A program made the translations under genes and the position numbers. A stretch of DNA of 64,000 bases, taken from positions 67,928 through 131,927 of the forward strand of contig CAVSSM010000011.1 of NCBI GenBank assembly GCA_963730605.1, written 5' to 3'. Under the pieces are notes generated by a model. The model was not told where the DNA came from, did no database searches, and saw only the letters and a list, made by a program, of their open reading frames with translations. This DNA comes from an uncultured Chlamydiae bacterium (lineage in GTDB: Bacteria > Chlamydiota > Chlamydiia > Chlamydiales > SM23-39). Shown piece after piece: positions 10,098 to 20,614 of the stretch; within the stretch, counting starts at the first letter, position 1; each line of letters starts with the position of its first letter.

Positions 10098-11132
10098 ATG
10101 AGATTTTTCCCTCTCGCCTTTTTGCTCGTCGCGGGCTGCAGCAGTCCCTACATGGGAAAGGATCTGTTTGGAGCGGATGAATTCGTTCTCGACTCTTACA
10201 AGATCCGCGAGGGAAAATTTTCCATTTTAGAAATGGAAGGGAAAGAACCGGGGGAGCTCGATGATTCGATGCTCAACGAATACCAGGACAAAATTCATGA
10301 AGACGATGTCCTGCAGGTGGCGGTTTATAACCCGAAGCGGAAAGATGTGGCAGACGCGGTGGAATATATCGGCAGCCGGATCGGATATCGGGTCGTCAAC
10401 GGTGAAATTTCCCTGCCCGACCTGCCGCCTGTAACTGTCGCGGAACTGACTCTCGACCAGGCGAAGGAAAAGATCCAAGTGCTCTACCATGAACATATCC
10501 GCGATACGGAGGTCTTCGTCACCTATAAAGACAGGATCGCAAGAAAAGTGGAACTGGCAGGCCTTGTTTCGCTTCCCAGCGTTCCTGTCGACGGGAAAAT
10601 CCGGCTGTTCGATGTACTTTCCAAAGCTCGGATCCCTACCGAGGCGAACCTCTTCAAAAGCTACATCATCCGGGACGGCTCTTTTCTTCCCGTCGATATG
10701 AACAAGCTCATGAAAGAAGGGGACATGTCACAAAACATCGTCGTGCGAGGAGGGGATAAAATCTACATTGCCGAGCCGTCCGCGGCGACCTTGATGGTCA
10801 TGGGAGAAGTGGGAAGAGAGCGGGTCGTCAATCTCCCATCCGGTTTTATGCCGCTCCGGCAGGCCTTGGCCGAATCGGGCGGGATCCCTTACACGGGGGA
10901 TAAGTCCTATATCCAGGTGATCCGCGGCAATATCGCCAAACCGAAAATCTATACGTTGAGCTGGGAGCATGTTATTCATCTGCCGAATGACAGCCTTCTC
11001 CTGATGCCGGGCGATATCGTCTATGTCGCCGCGAAGCCGATCACTGAATGGAACCGGTTCATTTCGCAGCTTCTGCCCATCTTTGGAGGATTCGATGTGA
11101 TCAGCAAACAAATGCAATTGTTCGTGCCATGA
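10098..11132 (+). CDS. wza: Polysaccharide export outer-membrane lipoprotein (Wza-like)
   Basis: Lipobox LVAGC, Poly_export region (GEISLPDL), SLBB-type repeats, LMPGDIVYV, ITEWNRFISQLLP. Confidence 0.85.
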   Translation: MRFFPLAFLLVAGCSSPYMGKDLFGADEFVLDSYKIREGKFSILEMEGKEPGELDDSMLNEYQDKIHEDDVLQVAVYNPKRKDVADAVEYIGSRIGYRVVNGEISLPDLPPVTVAELTLDQAKEKIQVLYHEHIRDTEVFVTYKDRIARKVELAGLVSLPSVPVDGKIRLFDVLSKARIPTEANLFKSYIIRDGSFLPVDMNKLMKEGDMSQNIVVRGGDKIYIAEPSAATLMVMGEVGRERVVNLPSGFMPLRQALAESGGIPYTGDKSYIQVIRGNIAKPKIYTLSWEHVIHLPNDSLLLMPGDIVYVAAKPITEWNRFISQLLPIFGGFDVISKQMQLFVP

Positions 11133-14100
11133 AGCATCAGAAAAGGCCGCTTCACGATCCCGATGAGAGGGTATTCACCCTATTTGATGTAAAACGGCTT
11201 TACTTGAGCCAAAAGAAGAAAATTCTCAGAGCTTCTTTTTGGGGAGCTCTTCTTGCGTTCAGTTTCATTTTGATCAGGTCTGTTCCAAAATATCAAGTTT
11301 CTGCGACTTTTAAAGAGGCTCCCAAATCCATCGAGGGGACAGGAGGCCTGGAAAAGCTTCTTCTCTCAAATGGAAGCGCAAGCTCTCAAGAGTCTCAAAC
11401 AGCCACTTTGATCCAGTCCAATCAAGTCTTAAAACCTCTGGTCGTCCGGATGGGCACCCAAGCTACGGTGCGCAAAGCGGGCCTTTTGTCTCGGGTCTAT
11501 AAGAGGATCAGGGACAATATCCTTTCCGAGAGAGGGCTTAGCTTAAGCGATGTCGATGATTTCGCCTTCCAGAACGTTGTTTACGATGGGGAGAAAACAC
11601 TAACATATAGCCTCAGGTTTGAAGATTCTGAACATTTTTCTATTGGGTCTGGAAAAAAAACAATTGCTTCGGGATCGCTCGGCTCTTGCGTACGTTTGCC
11701 TGAGGCAGAGCTAACGATTGTCAAAGTTCCAAAAGGGCTTAAGGTCGGGACTCATTACTCCCTTTCTATTCAACCTTGGGTTTCTGCAGTGAATGCGATC
11801 CGTTCCAATTTTCGGATAAAGTGCCTCAAACAGCAAAAATCGATTCATGAACTCAAGTTTTTCCATAGGGACCGATATTTTGGGACGGAGCTTTTGAATG
11901 CGTTGACGGAAGAATATCGGAGATATTTAAAGCGGGACCATGATCAGGTTGTCCACGAGCAGCTCAGTTATTTGCAGCAGAAACAAGAAGAAATATGTGC
12001 CAACATGTCCTCGGTTTTCGACGAGTATACAGAATATTTGCAAACCAATCTCAGCCGATCGGGACAATTGGGCTTAACACAAGAGATCGGAGGAATCACT
12101 AAGGAATGCAATGTGCTTGCTAATAAAATCTCTTCGATCGACTTGGAGCTGGATCGGTTAGTTCGAATGGAAGTGGATCAAAAAGCATTTGTTCCAATGG
12201 ATGATACTCCTTTTTCACGCTCTCTCAAAGATACCTTGAGCGCAATATCGGAGTTGAAACAGCAGCGCGATTTAATCGAGTTGTCATTGCCATCTCAAAG
12301 CCGCGCTCTTAATGAGCTGCAGTATGAAAACAAAAAAGGGGAATTGAAAGAGGTTCGAGACCAGCTTTGCGCGATGCAGCATCTTCTCGATGGAATTGAA
12401 AAGCATACGCCGCTTTCTCAGGACGCGTTATTCGATGCGGGAGAATATCTCGGAGCTTGGGCTGGCCGTTTAGCTGATTCCCAAGAGGAAGACAGAAAAG
12501 GGCTGGCTGAGTATCTCGAAAACGCCGTCCGGCTTCTTTCTATGCAAGAAAAAATGGTTCAGGAACAAATCCATTATGCCCACGACACTCCAGCCGCGTT
12601 CAAAGGCATCGATTTAACGACGGCCCGGGCTCTTTTCCTAGAATACTACAAAAAGCTCGATCAAATCGCAGAAGGGGTAAGCCATTTTTCTCGCTTAGCG
12701 GATGAAATTGAGAGAGGCGATTTCGAGATCAGTTCTTTAAGCGCCGTGCTCTTGGATCCCCTAAGCCAGCGTCTGATTCAACAAGCAAGCGAGATTGCCC
12801 TCAAATTGAAGGATGAAAAACATCATAGCGAAAAAGAAGGAAGCCGGTGGGCAGAGGAGTTGTCGCTGCAAAAAAAAATCCTCAAAGAACATCTGGATCA
12901 ACTTTTTAAACTCGAACAAGTGAAATCCGATCTAGTCCAAAATAGGATCGATGCTTTGCAGGCAATCAGATTCGGCTCCATTTCGGGGCAAATTTCCGTT
13001 TTGCAAGAGAGACTGGCCGATTCCGTCAAAGAGCGGAAGACCGCGCTTTTGAAGGAGAAAACAATCCTGGAAGAAAAAGTGAGGCAAATTCTAAATGGCC
13101 TCACCGATATTCCCGAAAGGTGGCGAAGGGAGAAATGGCTGAACTTAAAGAGCCAGATGGGGATCAAAATGGTCCAAGGGTTGACCGAACTTGTCGAATC
13201 AAAGACAATTAGCTCTCATCTCCACCATGTCGAATCAAAACCTCTCGATATTGCGACCCTTCCTACCACTCCCTGTTCCCCAGGGCTTTTGGTCAAAGCC
13301 TTCCTGGGTGCCATGCTGGCCGGATTCTTTGTGTTCTCCCGCGCCTTTCTCGGGGCGGTTTTGAAGGGATTCCCCTCAACGAAAGAAAAACTTTGTGCGA
13401 TGGGATACCCTGTTCTCGGCGAGATCTCAACGGTTTGCGATGGTCCCGGGACAGAGCCTCGCGGGGCGGATCTGGAAGCCCTTCGGCAAATATTTCTTTT
13501 CCTCGACAAAGAGCCCATACCGGGAGTGATTGAAAAAACGGGAATTGGCTCCTCAGATTTTTCAGCTGGAGCGAGGGACATGGCCAAAGGCAAGGCTGCG
13601 GAAACACGAGAAGGTCCAGTGGACCTTCGCAGTGCGGAGCAGATGAGCACAGCGAATTGCCTCGGAAGCGAAGATGAAAAATCTGAGTCAAAGCCGACGC
13701 CGCACCAAAACCGATTTTTCAATCGCGAGCGGTATAAAGTGAAAGTTGTTGGCCTTATCGAAGGCAAAGGCCCCGATTATTCTTTTGCGCTGGCAGAGCA
13801 TTTTTCCCGCATGTCCTTGCGCCCACTGGTCATCCGATGCGATTTCAACATGAAGTTCAACCGGGAAGACCTGCCGGGGGTCTTGCAGGTTTGGAAAGAG
13901 GAGATCTCCAGCCCACCTCTCAAGAGGAGGCAGGGCTACGATCTTCTCACGTCCGGCGGATTCACCCCTTACGGGGCGGAAGTCATCCGGTCGCTTGCAT
14001 TTCAAAACTCACTTGATAAGTTTAAAAAAGAGTATGACTTTGTCTTGATGGTCTTTCGCTCGCCGCTGAACCTCGCGGACAGCTTGGCGCCTCTTTCCCT

Positions 14101-14221
14101 TTGCGACTATGCGATCGTCACCGTCTCTGGAGAGCCAACGGAGCAGTTGACACCGTTTATCGATTGGGCTTACCATGGAGACATGTGCCGTTTAGCCATT
14201 CTCACAGCGAGCTCTCCATGA
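11129..14221 (+). CDS. Wzc-like polysaccharide co-polymerase with degenerate kinase domain and a 73-aa in-frame element insertion
   Basis: N-terminal TM followed by PKYQVSATF, long coiled coil, second TM, YPVLGEI, C-terminal P-loop-like domain; ATGA-coupled to wza. Confidence 0.75.
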   Translation: MKHQKRPLHDPDERVFTLFDVKRLYLSQKKKILRASFWGALLAFSFILIRSVPKYQVSATFKEAPKSIEGTGGLEKLLLSNGSASSQESQTATLIQSNQVLKPLVVRMGTQATVRKAGLLSRVYKRIRDNILSERGLSLSDVDDFAFQNVVYDGEKTLTYSLRFEDSEHFSIGSGKKTIASGSLGSCVRLPEAELTIVKVPKGLKVGTHYSLSIQPWVSAVNAIRSNFRIKCLKQQKSIHELKFFHRDRYFGTELLNALTEEYRRYLKRDHDQVVHEQLSYLQQKQEEICANMSSVFDEYTEYLQTNLSRSGQLGLTQEIGGITKECNVLANKISSIDLELDRLVRMEVDQKAFVPMDDTPFSRSLKDTLSAISELKQQRDLIELSLPSQSRALNELQYENKKGELKEVRDQLCAMQHLLDGIEKHTPLSQDALFDAGEYLGAWAGRLADSQEEDRKGLAEYLENAVRLLSMQEKMVQEQIHYAHDTPAAFKGIDLTTARALFLEYYKKLDQIAEGVSHFSRLADEIERGDFEISSLSAVLLDPLSQRLIQQASEIALKLKDEKHHSEKEGSRWAEELSLQKKILKEHLDQLFKLEQVKSDLVQNRIDALQAIRFGSISGQISVLQERLADSVKERKTALLKEKTILEEKVRQILNGLTDIPERWRREKWLNLKSQMGIKMVQGLTELVESKTISSHLHHVESKPLDIATLPTTPCSPGLLVKAFLGAMLAGFFVFSRAFLGAVLKGFPSTKEKLCAMGYPVLGEISTVCDGPGTEPRGADLEALRQIFLFLDKEPIPGVIEKTGIGSSDFSAGARDMAKGKAAETREGPVDLRSAEQMSTANCLGSEDEKSESKPTPHQNRFFNRERYKVKVVGLIEGKGPDYSFALAEHFSRMSLRPLVIRCDFNMKFNREDLPGVLQVWKEEISSPPLKRRQGYDLLTSGGFTPYGAEVIRSLAFQNSLDKFKKEYDFVLMVFRSPLNLADSLAPLSLCDYAIVTVSGEPTEQLTPFIDWAYHGDMCRLAILTASSP
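13517..13735. mobile_element. 219-bp palindromic element inserted in frame in the wzc-like gene
   Basis: Imperfect TIR ATACCGGGAGTGATTGAAAAAACGG / CCGATTTTTCAATCGCGAGCGGTAT; inner IR CTCAGATTTTTCA / TGAAAAATCTGAG; central GAAGGTCCAGTGGACCTTC. Confidence 0.85.
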
Positions 14222-15177
14222 CAGGCAAGCGCAAAAAAATTCTTGTAGCAGGAGGAGCAGGATTCCTAGGCTCTCATCTCTCTCTGAGGCTTTTGAAAGA
14301 AGGCAACGAGGTTCTATGTGTCGATAATTTCTACACAGGCAGCCGCGATAATTTGCTCTCTTTAATGGAACATCCTCGTTTCGAAGTGATGCGCCACGAC
14401 ATCTGTTTCCCTCTACATGTGGAGGTGGACGAGATCTATAACTTTGCCTGCCCGGCATCCCCTTTCCACTACCAGCGCGATCCCATCCAGACGGCGAAGA
14501 CCAGCTTTCTCGGAGCTCTTCACCTCCTCGGATTGGCCAAGCGCCTCAAAATCAAAATCTTTCAAGCCTCGACGAGCGAAGTCTACGGCGATCCCCATAT
14601 CCATCCGCAAACCGAAGAGTATTGGGGCCACGTCAATCCGATCGGCATCCGATCTTGCTATGATGAAGGAAAGCGGTGCGCTGAAACTCTCTTCTTCGAT
14701 TATTACCGAGTCCATGGCCTTCGCATTAAAGTCGCACGCATCTTCAACACGTTCGGCCCAAGGATGCATCCGAACGATGGCCGAGTTGTCTCCAATTTTA
14801 TTGTCCAAGCCCTTCGCAATGATCCTATTACCGTATACGGAGAAGGCAAGCAAACCCGATCTTTCTGCTATGTGGACGATCTGATCGATGCAGTGATTCG
14901 GATCATGGATACGCCAGATAGCATCACAGGGCCCTTCAACATTGGGAATCCGACCGAGATGCCAGTCATCGACCTTGCGCGGCAAGTTCTGGCCTTAACC
15001 GGCTCTTCTTCCAAGATCGAGTTTGTCCCTTTGCCCTCTGACGACCCGAAACAAAGGCGGCCTGACATTCGGTATGTAAAGGAAGTTTTAGGATGGGAGC
15101 CGAAGGTTCCTTTGCAAGAGGGTCTCAAGGCGACCATCGATCATTTCAGGAGCGTTATTAACCCGCTAGGCAAATAA
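14218..15177 (+). CDS. UDP-glucuronate decarboxylase (UDP-xylose synthase family)
   Basis: [44 protein letters not shown]. Confidence 0.93.
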   Translation: MTGKRKKILVAGGAGFLGSHLSLRLLKEGNEVLCVDNFYTGSRDNLLSLMEHPRFEVMRHDICFPLHVEVDEIYNFACPASPFHYQRDPIQTAKTSFLGALHLLGLAKRLKIKIFQASTSEVYGDPHIHPQTEEYWGHVNPIGIRSCYDEGKRCAETLFFDYYRVHGLRIKVARIFNTFGPRMHPNDGRVVSNFIVQALRNDPITVYGEGKQTRSFCYVDDLIDAVIRIMDTPDSITGPFNIGNPTEMPVIDLARQVLALTGSSSKIEFVPLPSDDPKQRRPDIRYVKEVLGWEPKVPLQEGLKATIDHFRSVINPLGK

Positions 15178-15323
15178 GAGAAAACAAAGGGCACTAGCGA
15201 AGCGCACGAGGTCCCCCCGACGCATCGTCGGGAGGGGTGTGAAAGCCAGATCGAAGCGAAGCGAATCGGCCCGAAGGGAGCCGCAGCAAGCCCTTTGTCT
15301 CTTATTTGAAATAGCGGGTTAAT
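15157..15323. mobile_element. 167-bp palindromic element overlapping the decarboxylase stop and the DMT start
   Basis: TIR ATTAACCCGCTA / TAGCGGGTTAAT; inner IR AAATAAGAGA..ACAAAGGGC / GCCCTTTGTCTCTTATTT; REP-like hairpin at 15210-15238. Confidence 0.85.
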
Positions 15324-16239
15324 GTTGGCTCATCTCGGGAAGCAAGCGTCCTTTTATAGGGGGATCGGTTTCATGGCCTTGTCGGCGACAGGCATGTCGC
15401 TGGTCGGCCTGTTCGGCAAATTCGGCATCCAAGATTTGACTCTTTCTGCCCTCATGTTTTGGCGTTTTGTCGCCACGTCAACGCTTTTCTTCTTATCGCT
15501 TTTGGCCCTTGGGCGTCTGAAAGGCTTTTTCGAGTTTCATCATCTTAAACTTCAAATGCTTCGAGCATTTTTTGTCCTACTGGCCCAATATTGTTTTTTC
15601 TATTATCTACTCCATAACAGCTTATTGAATGCCGCAGCGCTTCTCAATACCGGCCCCGTTTTCATCTCCATCATCGAAGGGGGCATTTTACGCAAAAAAG
15701 TAGGGGTCTCGAGTTGGATCGGAGCTTTAGTCTCTTTTGCAGGCGCCCTTATGATCCTGCAACCCGATGCGGGGATTTTTTCTACCTTAAGCCTCATCGG
15801 CCTTCTTTCAGGCATGAGCCAAGGGGCCTCCCAAGTAGTATTCGGTTTCCAGACCAAAGGGGAGGAGAAGCTCCATATCACCCTCCTGCATCTTTTTTTC
15901 CTTTGTACCCTCTTAAGCCTTGTCCCTTTTCTTTTGTTTCATACGGAGATGCAGTCCAGCAAGAGCTTTAGTTCCTGGGATTTAGGCGTGATCTTAGCGT
16001 TGGGAGCCGCGTCCATCCTTAGCCAAGCCTTTAGAGCGCAGGCCTACGCACACGGAACCCCATCTAGGTTATCGCCCTTTCTTTACCTCGCAGTCCTGCT
16101 TGCCGGAGTCTATGATTGGGCCATTTTCGGCAAAGCGCCGAACCTTCTCGCGAGCCTTGGAGCCGCGCTCATCATTATCGGCGGCCTTTTGAAAATCTAT
16201 CTGCGCAAAATAATCCTCGAGAAAAAAACTTTCTTCTAG
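15322..16239 (+). CDS. DMT/EamA family transporter
   Basis: About 10 hydrophobic segments, LLNTGPVF, LSPFLYL; true start may be ATG 15373. Confidence 0.85.
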   Translation: MLAHLGKQASFYRGIGFMALSATGMSLVGLFGKFGIQDLTLSALMFWRFVATSTLFFLSLLALGRLKGFFEFHHLKLQMLRAFFVLLAQYCFFYYLLHNSLLNAAALLNTGPVFISIIEGGILRKKVGVSSWIGALVSFAGALMILQPDAGIFSTLSLIGLLSGMSQGASQVVFGFQTKGEEKLHITLLHLFFLCTLLSLVPFLLFHTEMQSSKSFSSWDLGVILALGAASILSQAFRAQAYAHGTPSRLSPFLYLAVLLAGVYDWAIFGKAPNLLASLGAALIIIGGLLKIYLRKIILEKKTFF

Positions 16240-16433
16240 GACGTCCCTAGACATATAGAAAGACTAGAGACGGTCGGGTTGCTTCGCGGACTTTCCCCAA
16301 ACGAGACGTATCGATTACAAATTGTGTATCCAGGCTTGATTTTGCTCACGCTGCTGAATCTTTTACATTCCCTTTATGGGTTCCGCGGGGTAAAGTGGCC
16401 GGTGTTTTTGGCGTTTTCCGGATCGGCGATCAT

Positions 16434-19400
16434 CTATAGGGCTTTAGAATTTTCATGTTTCTTTTTGATCTCGCGCCATTTGCTCACCATCTGCGTTGCC
16501 ATGGGCGCGGCCTCTTTCCCGGCGTCGCCAAACCTTAGGAAGACCGCGACGGTAAGCTCTGGATGGTCGTAGCGCGTTTTTGTGGGATAATCGGGTGAAA
16601 AGGAAATGGCCCCGAACCAAATGTATTTCATCATTTGGGCAGCGCTTCCTGGATTGACATGCGCTCGGTAGAGAATTTCTGCCGTGCTGGTCTTGCCGAT
16701 CACCTGATGCTGCAGGGCTGTGTAAGCGGCTTGAAGCTCCCGGTTGAGGCGAAGAGACCGGATGATGGCCGACCTTGCGCTCCCTTTCTGGCCCCACATG
16801 GTCCGGTCCATCCCCTCGTAAAGTTGCGCTTCGACATCGGCTGGCATGGGAATTTCCCTCCGCACAACGGTCTCGGGGATGCCGATTTCATGAACCGGCG
16901 CTTTGGCTTGGACCCCGGTAAATAAAGAAAATGGAATCCCCAGCGCCTGCAGCTCGTGGCTGGCAAAGCCATCCCTAGCTTCGAAGACCGAGAGCATTTC
17001 CCTGTCGGGCGCAAGGCCGGAGAGCATCTTCGTAATTTTCGGTTTGACCAATTTGCCTCCATTGGCAAGCGCGCCCAGCATAACGGCTGTCTGTAGCGGG
17101 GTGCAAAGAAGAGTATGCTGGCCGAACGCGAACGAATAGAGGCTGGTCCGGTTCGTCCTCAAATCCTTAGGCAGTAGGCCTGACCTTTCTCCCGGCAGGT
17201 CCACCCCGCTTTTTTCTCCATACCCAAGCCTAGCTGCAGTTACTTTCAGATCGTCCGGATCGGACAAGAAATCCCCGGCCAAAATGGAAAAGTAGGGATT
17301 GCTCGTTTGTTCCAGAGCTCCGGTGATGTCGATTTTCCCGATATGCGGATTGCTGCTTCGCGGCAGTCGGCCTCCTTTGTACATGCGGGGATAAGGCGCT
17401 CCATTCAATCCGTAGGCGACCGCTTTGGGGTTGCGGCCTGCCTCATCCACGATGACAGGAGAATGGCCTTGCATCAACCCTTCGTAAGCGGTGACGAGCT
17501 TGAAAAGGGAGCCTTGCGGCACATCCGATTGGAAAGCAAAAGAACGGAGATATCCGAATCCTCCTTGAGGGTAAAAAGACGCCGCGAGACTTTTCTCATC
17601 GAGAAGCTTCCGGTATTTGCCCAAGAGGGGGCGGTCGAGCTCTCTAAAGGAGCGGAAGGTGCGCAAGAATTCTAATGCGAGATCAGTTGGAAGCGCCTTT
17701 ACAGCGGGGAGCAGTTTCGGGTCGGTGAGCCGCTCTTGAAGGATCGAGAGCCTGTTCGATCTCCAATGCTCGGCGAAAAGCTCCTGCTCTTTTTGATCCA
17801 AGTAATCAAGATAGGGACGGGCATAGGTTTTCTTTTCTTTTTCTATTCTCCTTTTCTCGGCAAGGAACTCTTTTTGGTTCGATTCCCGCCACAACCTGAA
17901 CTCAGATTGGCGAAAGTGGCCAGCCGCCTCTTCCTTCACTTGGGTTTCCATTTTAATAAACGCTTGGCAAAGCTCTTGGTACTCGCTCAGCTTCATTGAC
18001 CCGATCTTTGCGATCAAGTCATCGCTAAAACGGGTGCTGTCGAGAAGGGTACGGCAAAGGTCGATGGCAAATAATTTATCCGCATTGGATGGGATGGAAC
18101 TTAAGAGCCCATCGAGGCGGCGCGCCGCTTTTAGGGCAAGGTCGCCCTGGTTTTTTTGAGGGAGGCTCGAAAAAAGATCTTCCATGACCTCCATAGGATC
18201 GCTTTGCCCCGAGAAATATCTGACCGTTTCGAAATCTTCCTGGACCTGGATCGCGAGGCTCACGTTGTCACATTTTTGAAAAAAAGCCCTGAGCGCACCA
18301 TCTTTCGGCAAGATCAAATCGAGATAGAGATCCCATGACAAGATCGTTTCGTCTTCGATGAACCGGCGTCCCCCGAATCGCTCCTTGACGAGCGTCGCTC
18401 TGCCGTCCCAGATGGCTCCGATATACCGTTCATTTTCAAGCCATCGAGAGACTTTCTGGTTCGAATGCTTGATAAAATCATTCGGATCGAAACGGGGAAA
18501 GCTCGCCAAGGCCAACACTTCTCCGCTATTCGGGTCGAGGGCTACGAGCGCGCCTCCTTTGATCCATGGCTGTTTGAGGGCTTTTCGCTTCTTGTCGGTC
18601 GGATCCATCCCAAGGCTCCTTCCTTCCTGTTCCTTTTCGCTCACGGCTAAAAGCTCTTCGGCAAATTGCTGCAGCTCCGCAGAGATCGACAGGACTACTT
18701 GCTGGCCAGGGACCGGCGCCGCGCCTCCTGGCAATTCACGGACAAAACGGCCTTTCTGGTCGACCTCAAAAGTTTTTTTACCAAAGAAGCCCCTCAGCTG
18801 CTCTTCATATTGCGCTTCGATCCCGCTTTTTCCGACGGAGTCATTGAGGGTATAGGCCTTCTCTTTCAACTCTTTGAGCCTCGCGCAGGCGGACTCGAAG
18901 GAGTTGTAGCCGTGCGGGAGGGCGCTTGCCAGACCCTGTTCATACGAAAGGACCGCTTCCTGCAGGATCGACAATTCTTCAACGATTGCCCCATATTTTT
19001 TTTGGCTGATCGCCCCCATGGTCCCTAGGATATGGGAAGCCGTTTTTTGAAGCGGATAAAACCTCTCCGCAGCCGTTTCGGCATGGATCCCCGGCCAATC
19101 TTTTTCAAGGCCTTTGAGCCGGTAGTGCTCCTCTTCAGAGAGCCTCGATTTGATGAGATACGGAGCGTGAGGAAAGAGGGACGCTTTCGAGTGGATGAGG
19201 TCTTCAACCCTCTCGGAGGATAGATTGAGAGTCGTTCCAAGCAGCTTGGATACAGCACGGATATACTCTTTTCTGGGGTAGACCCGAATCCGGCTGCCCC
19301 CCTCCTCTTGCCAACGGGAGAGGGGGATTTGGGCGATCTGCCCGTAGTAGACGACCGCATTGTAGCAAATCCTGTTCAAAGCGAGGGGGATCCCGAACCG

Positions 19401-19571
19401 ATCGCAGATCGTCCCCCGGTCAGCCCTCTCTATAACGGTTCGCGACTGGGGCTTTTGCGCCTCGATGAGCTTGGCTTCCCTCTGGACAACCCCCAGATGG
19501 AGCGCGCGCAGGCAGATCGCGAGGCATGCGGCGCAGATGACGGCTAGGATTCGGTTAATCTTGTCGGGCAT
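16434..19571 (-). CDS. Penicillin-binding protein 2 (long chlamydial type)
   Basis: RGTICDRFGIPLA, GKSGIE, QGSLFK (SxxK), SN motif, GKTSTAE; ATG at 19571. Confidence 0.92.
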   Translation of the reverse strand: MPDKINRILAVICAACLAICLRALHLGVVQREAKLIEAQKPQSRTVIERADRGTICDRFGIPLALNRICYNAVVYYGQIAQIPLSRWQEEGGSRIRVYPRKEYIRAVSKLLGTTLNLSSERVEDLIHSKASLFPHAPYLIKSRLSEEEHYRLKGLEKDWPGIHAETAAERFYPLQKTASHILGTMGAISQKKYGAIVEELSILQEAVLSYEQGLASALPHGYNSFESACARLKELKEKAYTLNDSVGKSGIEAQYEEQLRGFFGKKTFEVDQKGRFVRELPGGAAPVPGQQVVLSISAELQQFAEELLAVSEKEQEGRSLGMDPTDKKRKALKQPWIKGGALVALDPNSGEVLALASFPRFDPNDFIKHSNQKVSRWLENERYIGAIWDGRATLVKERFGGRRFIEDETILSWDLYLDLILPKDGALRAFFQKCDNVSLAIQVQEDFETVRYFSGQSDPMEVMEDLFSSLPQKNQGDLALKAARRLDGLLSSIPSNADKLFAIDLCRTLLDSTRFSDDLIAKIGSMKLSEYQELCQAFIKMETQVKEEAAGHFRQSEFRLWRESNQKEFLAEKRRIEKEKKTYARPYLDYLDQKEQELFAEHWRSNRLSILQERLTDPKLLPAVKALPTDLALEFLRTFRSFRELDRPLLGKYRKLLDEKSLAASFYPQGGFGYLRSFAFQSDVPQGSLFKLVTAYEGLMQGHSPVIVDEAGRNPKAVAYGLNGAPYPRMYKGGRLPRSSNPHIGKIDITGALEQTSNPYFSILAGDFLSDPDDLKVTAARLGYGEKSGVDLPGERSGLLPKDLRTNRTSLYSFAFGQHTLLCTPLQTAVMLGALANGGKLVKPKITKMLSGLAPDREMLSVFEARDGFASHELQALGIPFSLFTGVQAKAPVHEIGIPETVVRREIPMPADVEAQLYEGMDRTMWGQKGSARSAIIRSLRLNRELQAAYTALQHQVIGKTSTAEILYRAHVNPGSAAQMMKYIWFGAISFSPDYPTKTRYDHPELTVAVFLRFGDAGKEAAPMATQMVSKWREIKKKHENSKAL

Positions 19572-19706
19572 AGAAAAACAAGTATATAAAATTATCACTT
19601 CACGCCCAAGAAGGACTTTTGAATGAGTCTTTGAACGAGTCTTGCAGGTTTCCCTTGGAAAAAAATAGAATTTTGAGGTAAAACTACTATTTTCGTTTTT
19701 GCCGAT

Positions 19707-19777
19707 GCGCCTGTAGTTCAATGGTAGAACAGTAGCCTTCCAAGCTACGAGTGTCAGTTCGATTCTGTCCAGGCGCT
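19707..19777 (+). tRNA. tRNA-Gly (TCC)
   Basis: GCGCCTG/CAGGCGC acceptor stem, anticodon arm GTAGC-CTTCCAA-GCTAC, TTCGATT T-loop. Confidence 0.95.
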
Positions 19778-19816
19778 TTGATAAAACGGCTAACATTATT
19801 TTTTTGAGAGGAAAAA

Positions 19817-20614
19817 TTGGCTACCGCACAACAAAATACAGGAGTGACGATCAAGGAGTTGCTCGAATCCGGCGCTCATTTCGGGCACCAGACCCATCGT
19901 TGGAATCCGAAGATGAAGCGTTTCATTTTCGAAGAGCGGAATGGGATTTACATCATTGATCTTGCAAAAACCCTTCAGCAGATCCGCGCGGCGGCGCAAG
20001 TCGTGCGCGAAATGGTCGCCAAAAGGAAGCCCATCCTCTTCGTCGGAACGAAAAAGCAAGCGAAAGTGGTCGTTAAAGAAAGCGCCGAAGAGTGCGGCGA
20101 ATTTTACATATGCGAACGGTGGCTCGGAGGGACTCTCACCAACCTTCAGACGATTCGGAAGTCGGTTAAAACGCTTGAACGGATCGAGAAAAGGATCGCA
20201 TCGGGCGGCGAAGGGCTGACCAAAAAAGAAATATCCGTATTGAGCAAAGAACGGGTGAAGCTTGACCGGAACCTCTCGGGAATCCGTTCCATGCGCAAGC
20301 AGCCGGGGCTCCTCATTGTCGTCGATCCAAGCAAGGAGCATATCGCGGTCGCTGAGGCGAACACGCTGGGTATTCCGGTGATGGCGCTCGTCGACACGAA
20401 CTGCGATCCGGATCCCATCGAATACGTGATCGCATGCAATGACGATGCCCTGAAGAGCATCAAAGTGATTCTCATCGCGCTGACGCAGGCGGTGATTGAT
20501 CAGAAAAATGAAATGAATGTTTCTGTTGCGAAGGGCGATAGCACGATCCCGCCATCTGAAGATGAGGAAGAGGAAGAAGAGGTAGGGGAAGAGGAGGAGT
20601 CTGACAAGCCATGA
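19817..20614 (+). CDS. rpsB: 30S ribosomal protein S2
   Basis: GAHFGHQTHRWNPKM, RWLGGTLTN, DTNCDP; TTG start. Confidence 0.97.
   Translation: MATAQQNTGVTIKELLESGAHFGHQTHRWNPKMKRFIFEERNGIYIIDLAKTLQQIRAAAQVVREMVAKRKPILFVGTKKQAKVVVKESAEECGEFYICERWLGGTLTNLQTIRKSVKTLERIEKRIASGGEGLTKKEISVLSKERVKLDRNLSGIRSMRKQPGLLIVVDPSKEHIAVAEANTLGIPVMALVDTNCDPDPIEYVIACNDDALKSIKVILIALTQAVIDQKNEMNVSVAKGDSTIPPSEDEEEEEEVGEEEESDKP

Noticed and set aside
16279..16440. Hydrophobic fragment vaguely like a MerC-type membrane protein
   Set aside because: No clear start, overlaps the pbp2 3' end, and the similarity is too weak to call
19572..19796. 75-aa N-terminal extension of PBP2 in the ORF track
   Set aside because: It overlaps tRNA-Gly on the opposite strand; ATG 19571 directly precedes the TM anchor
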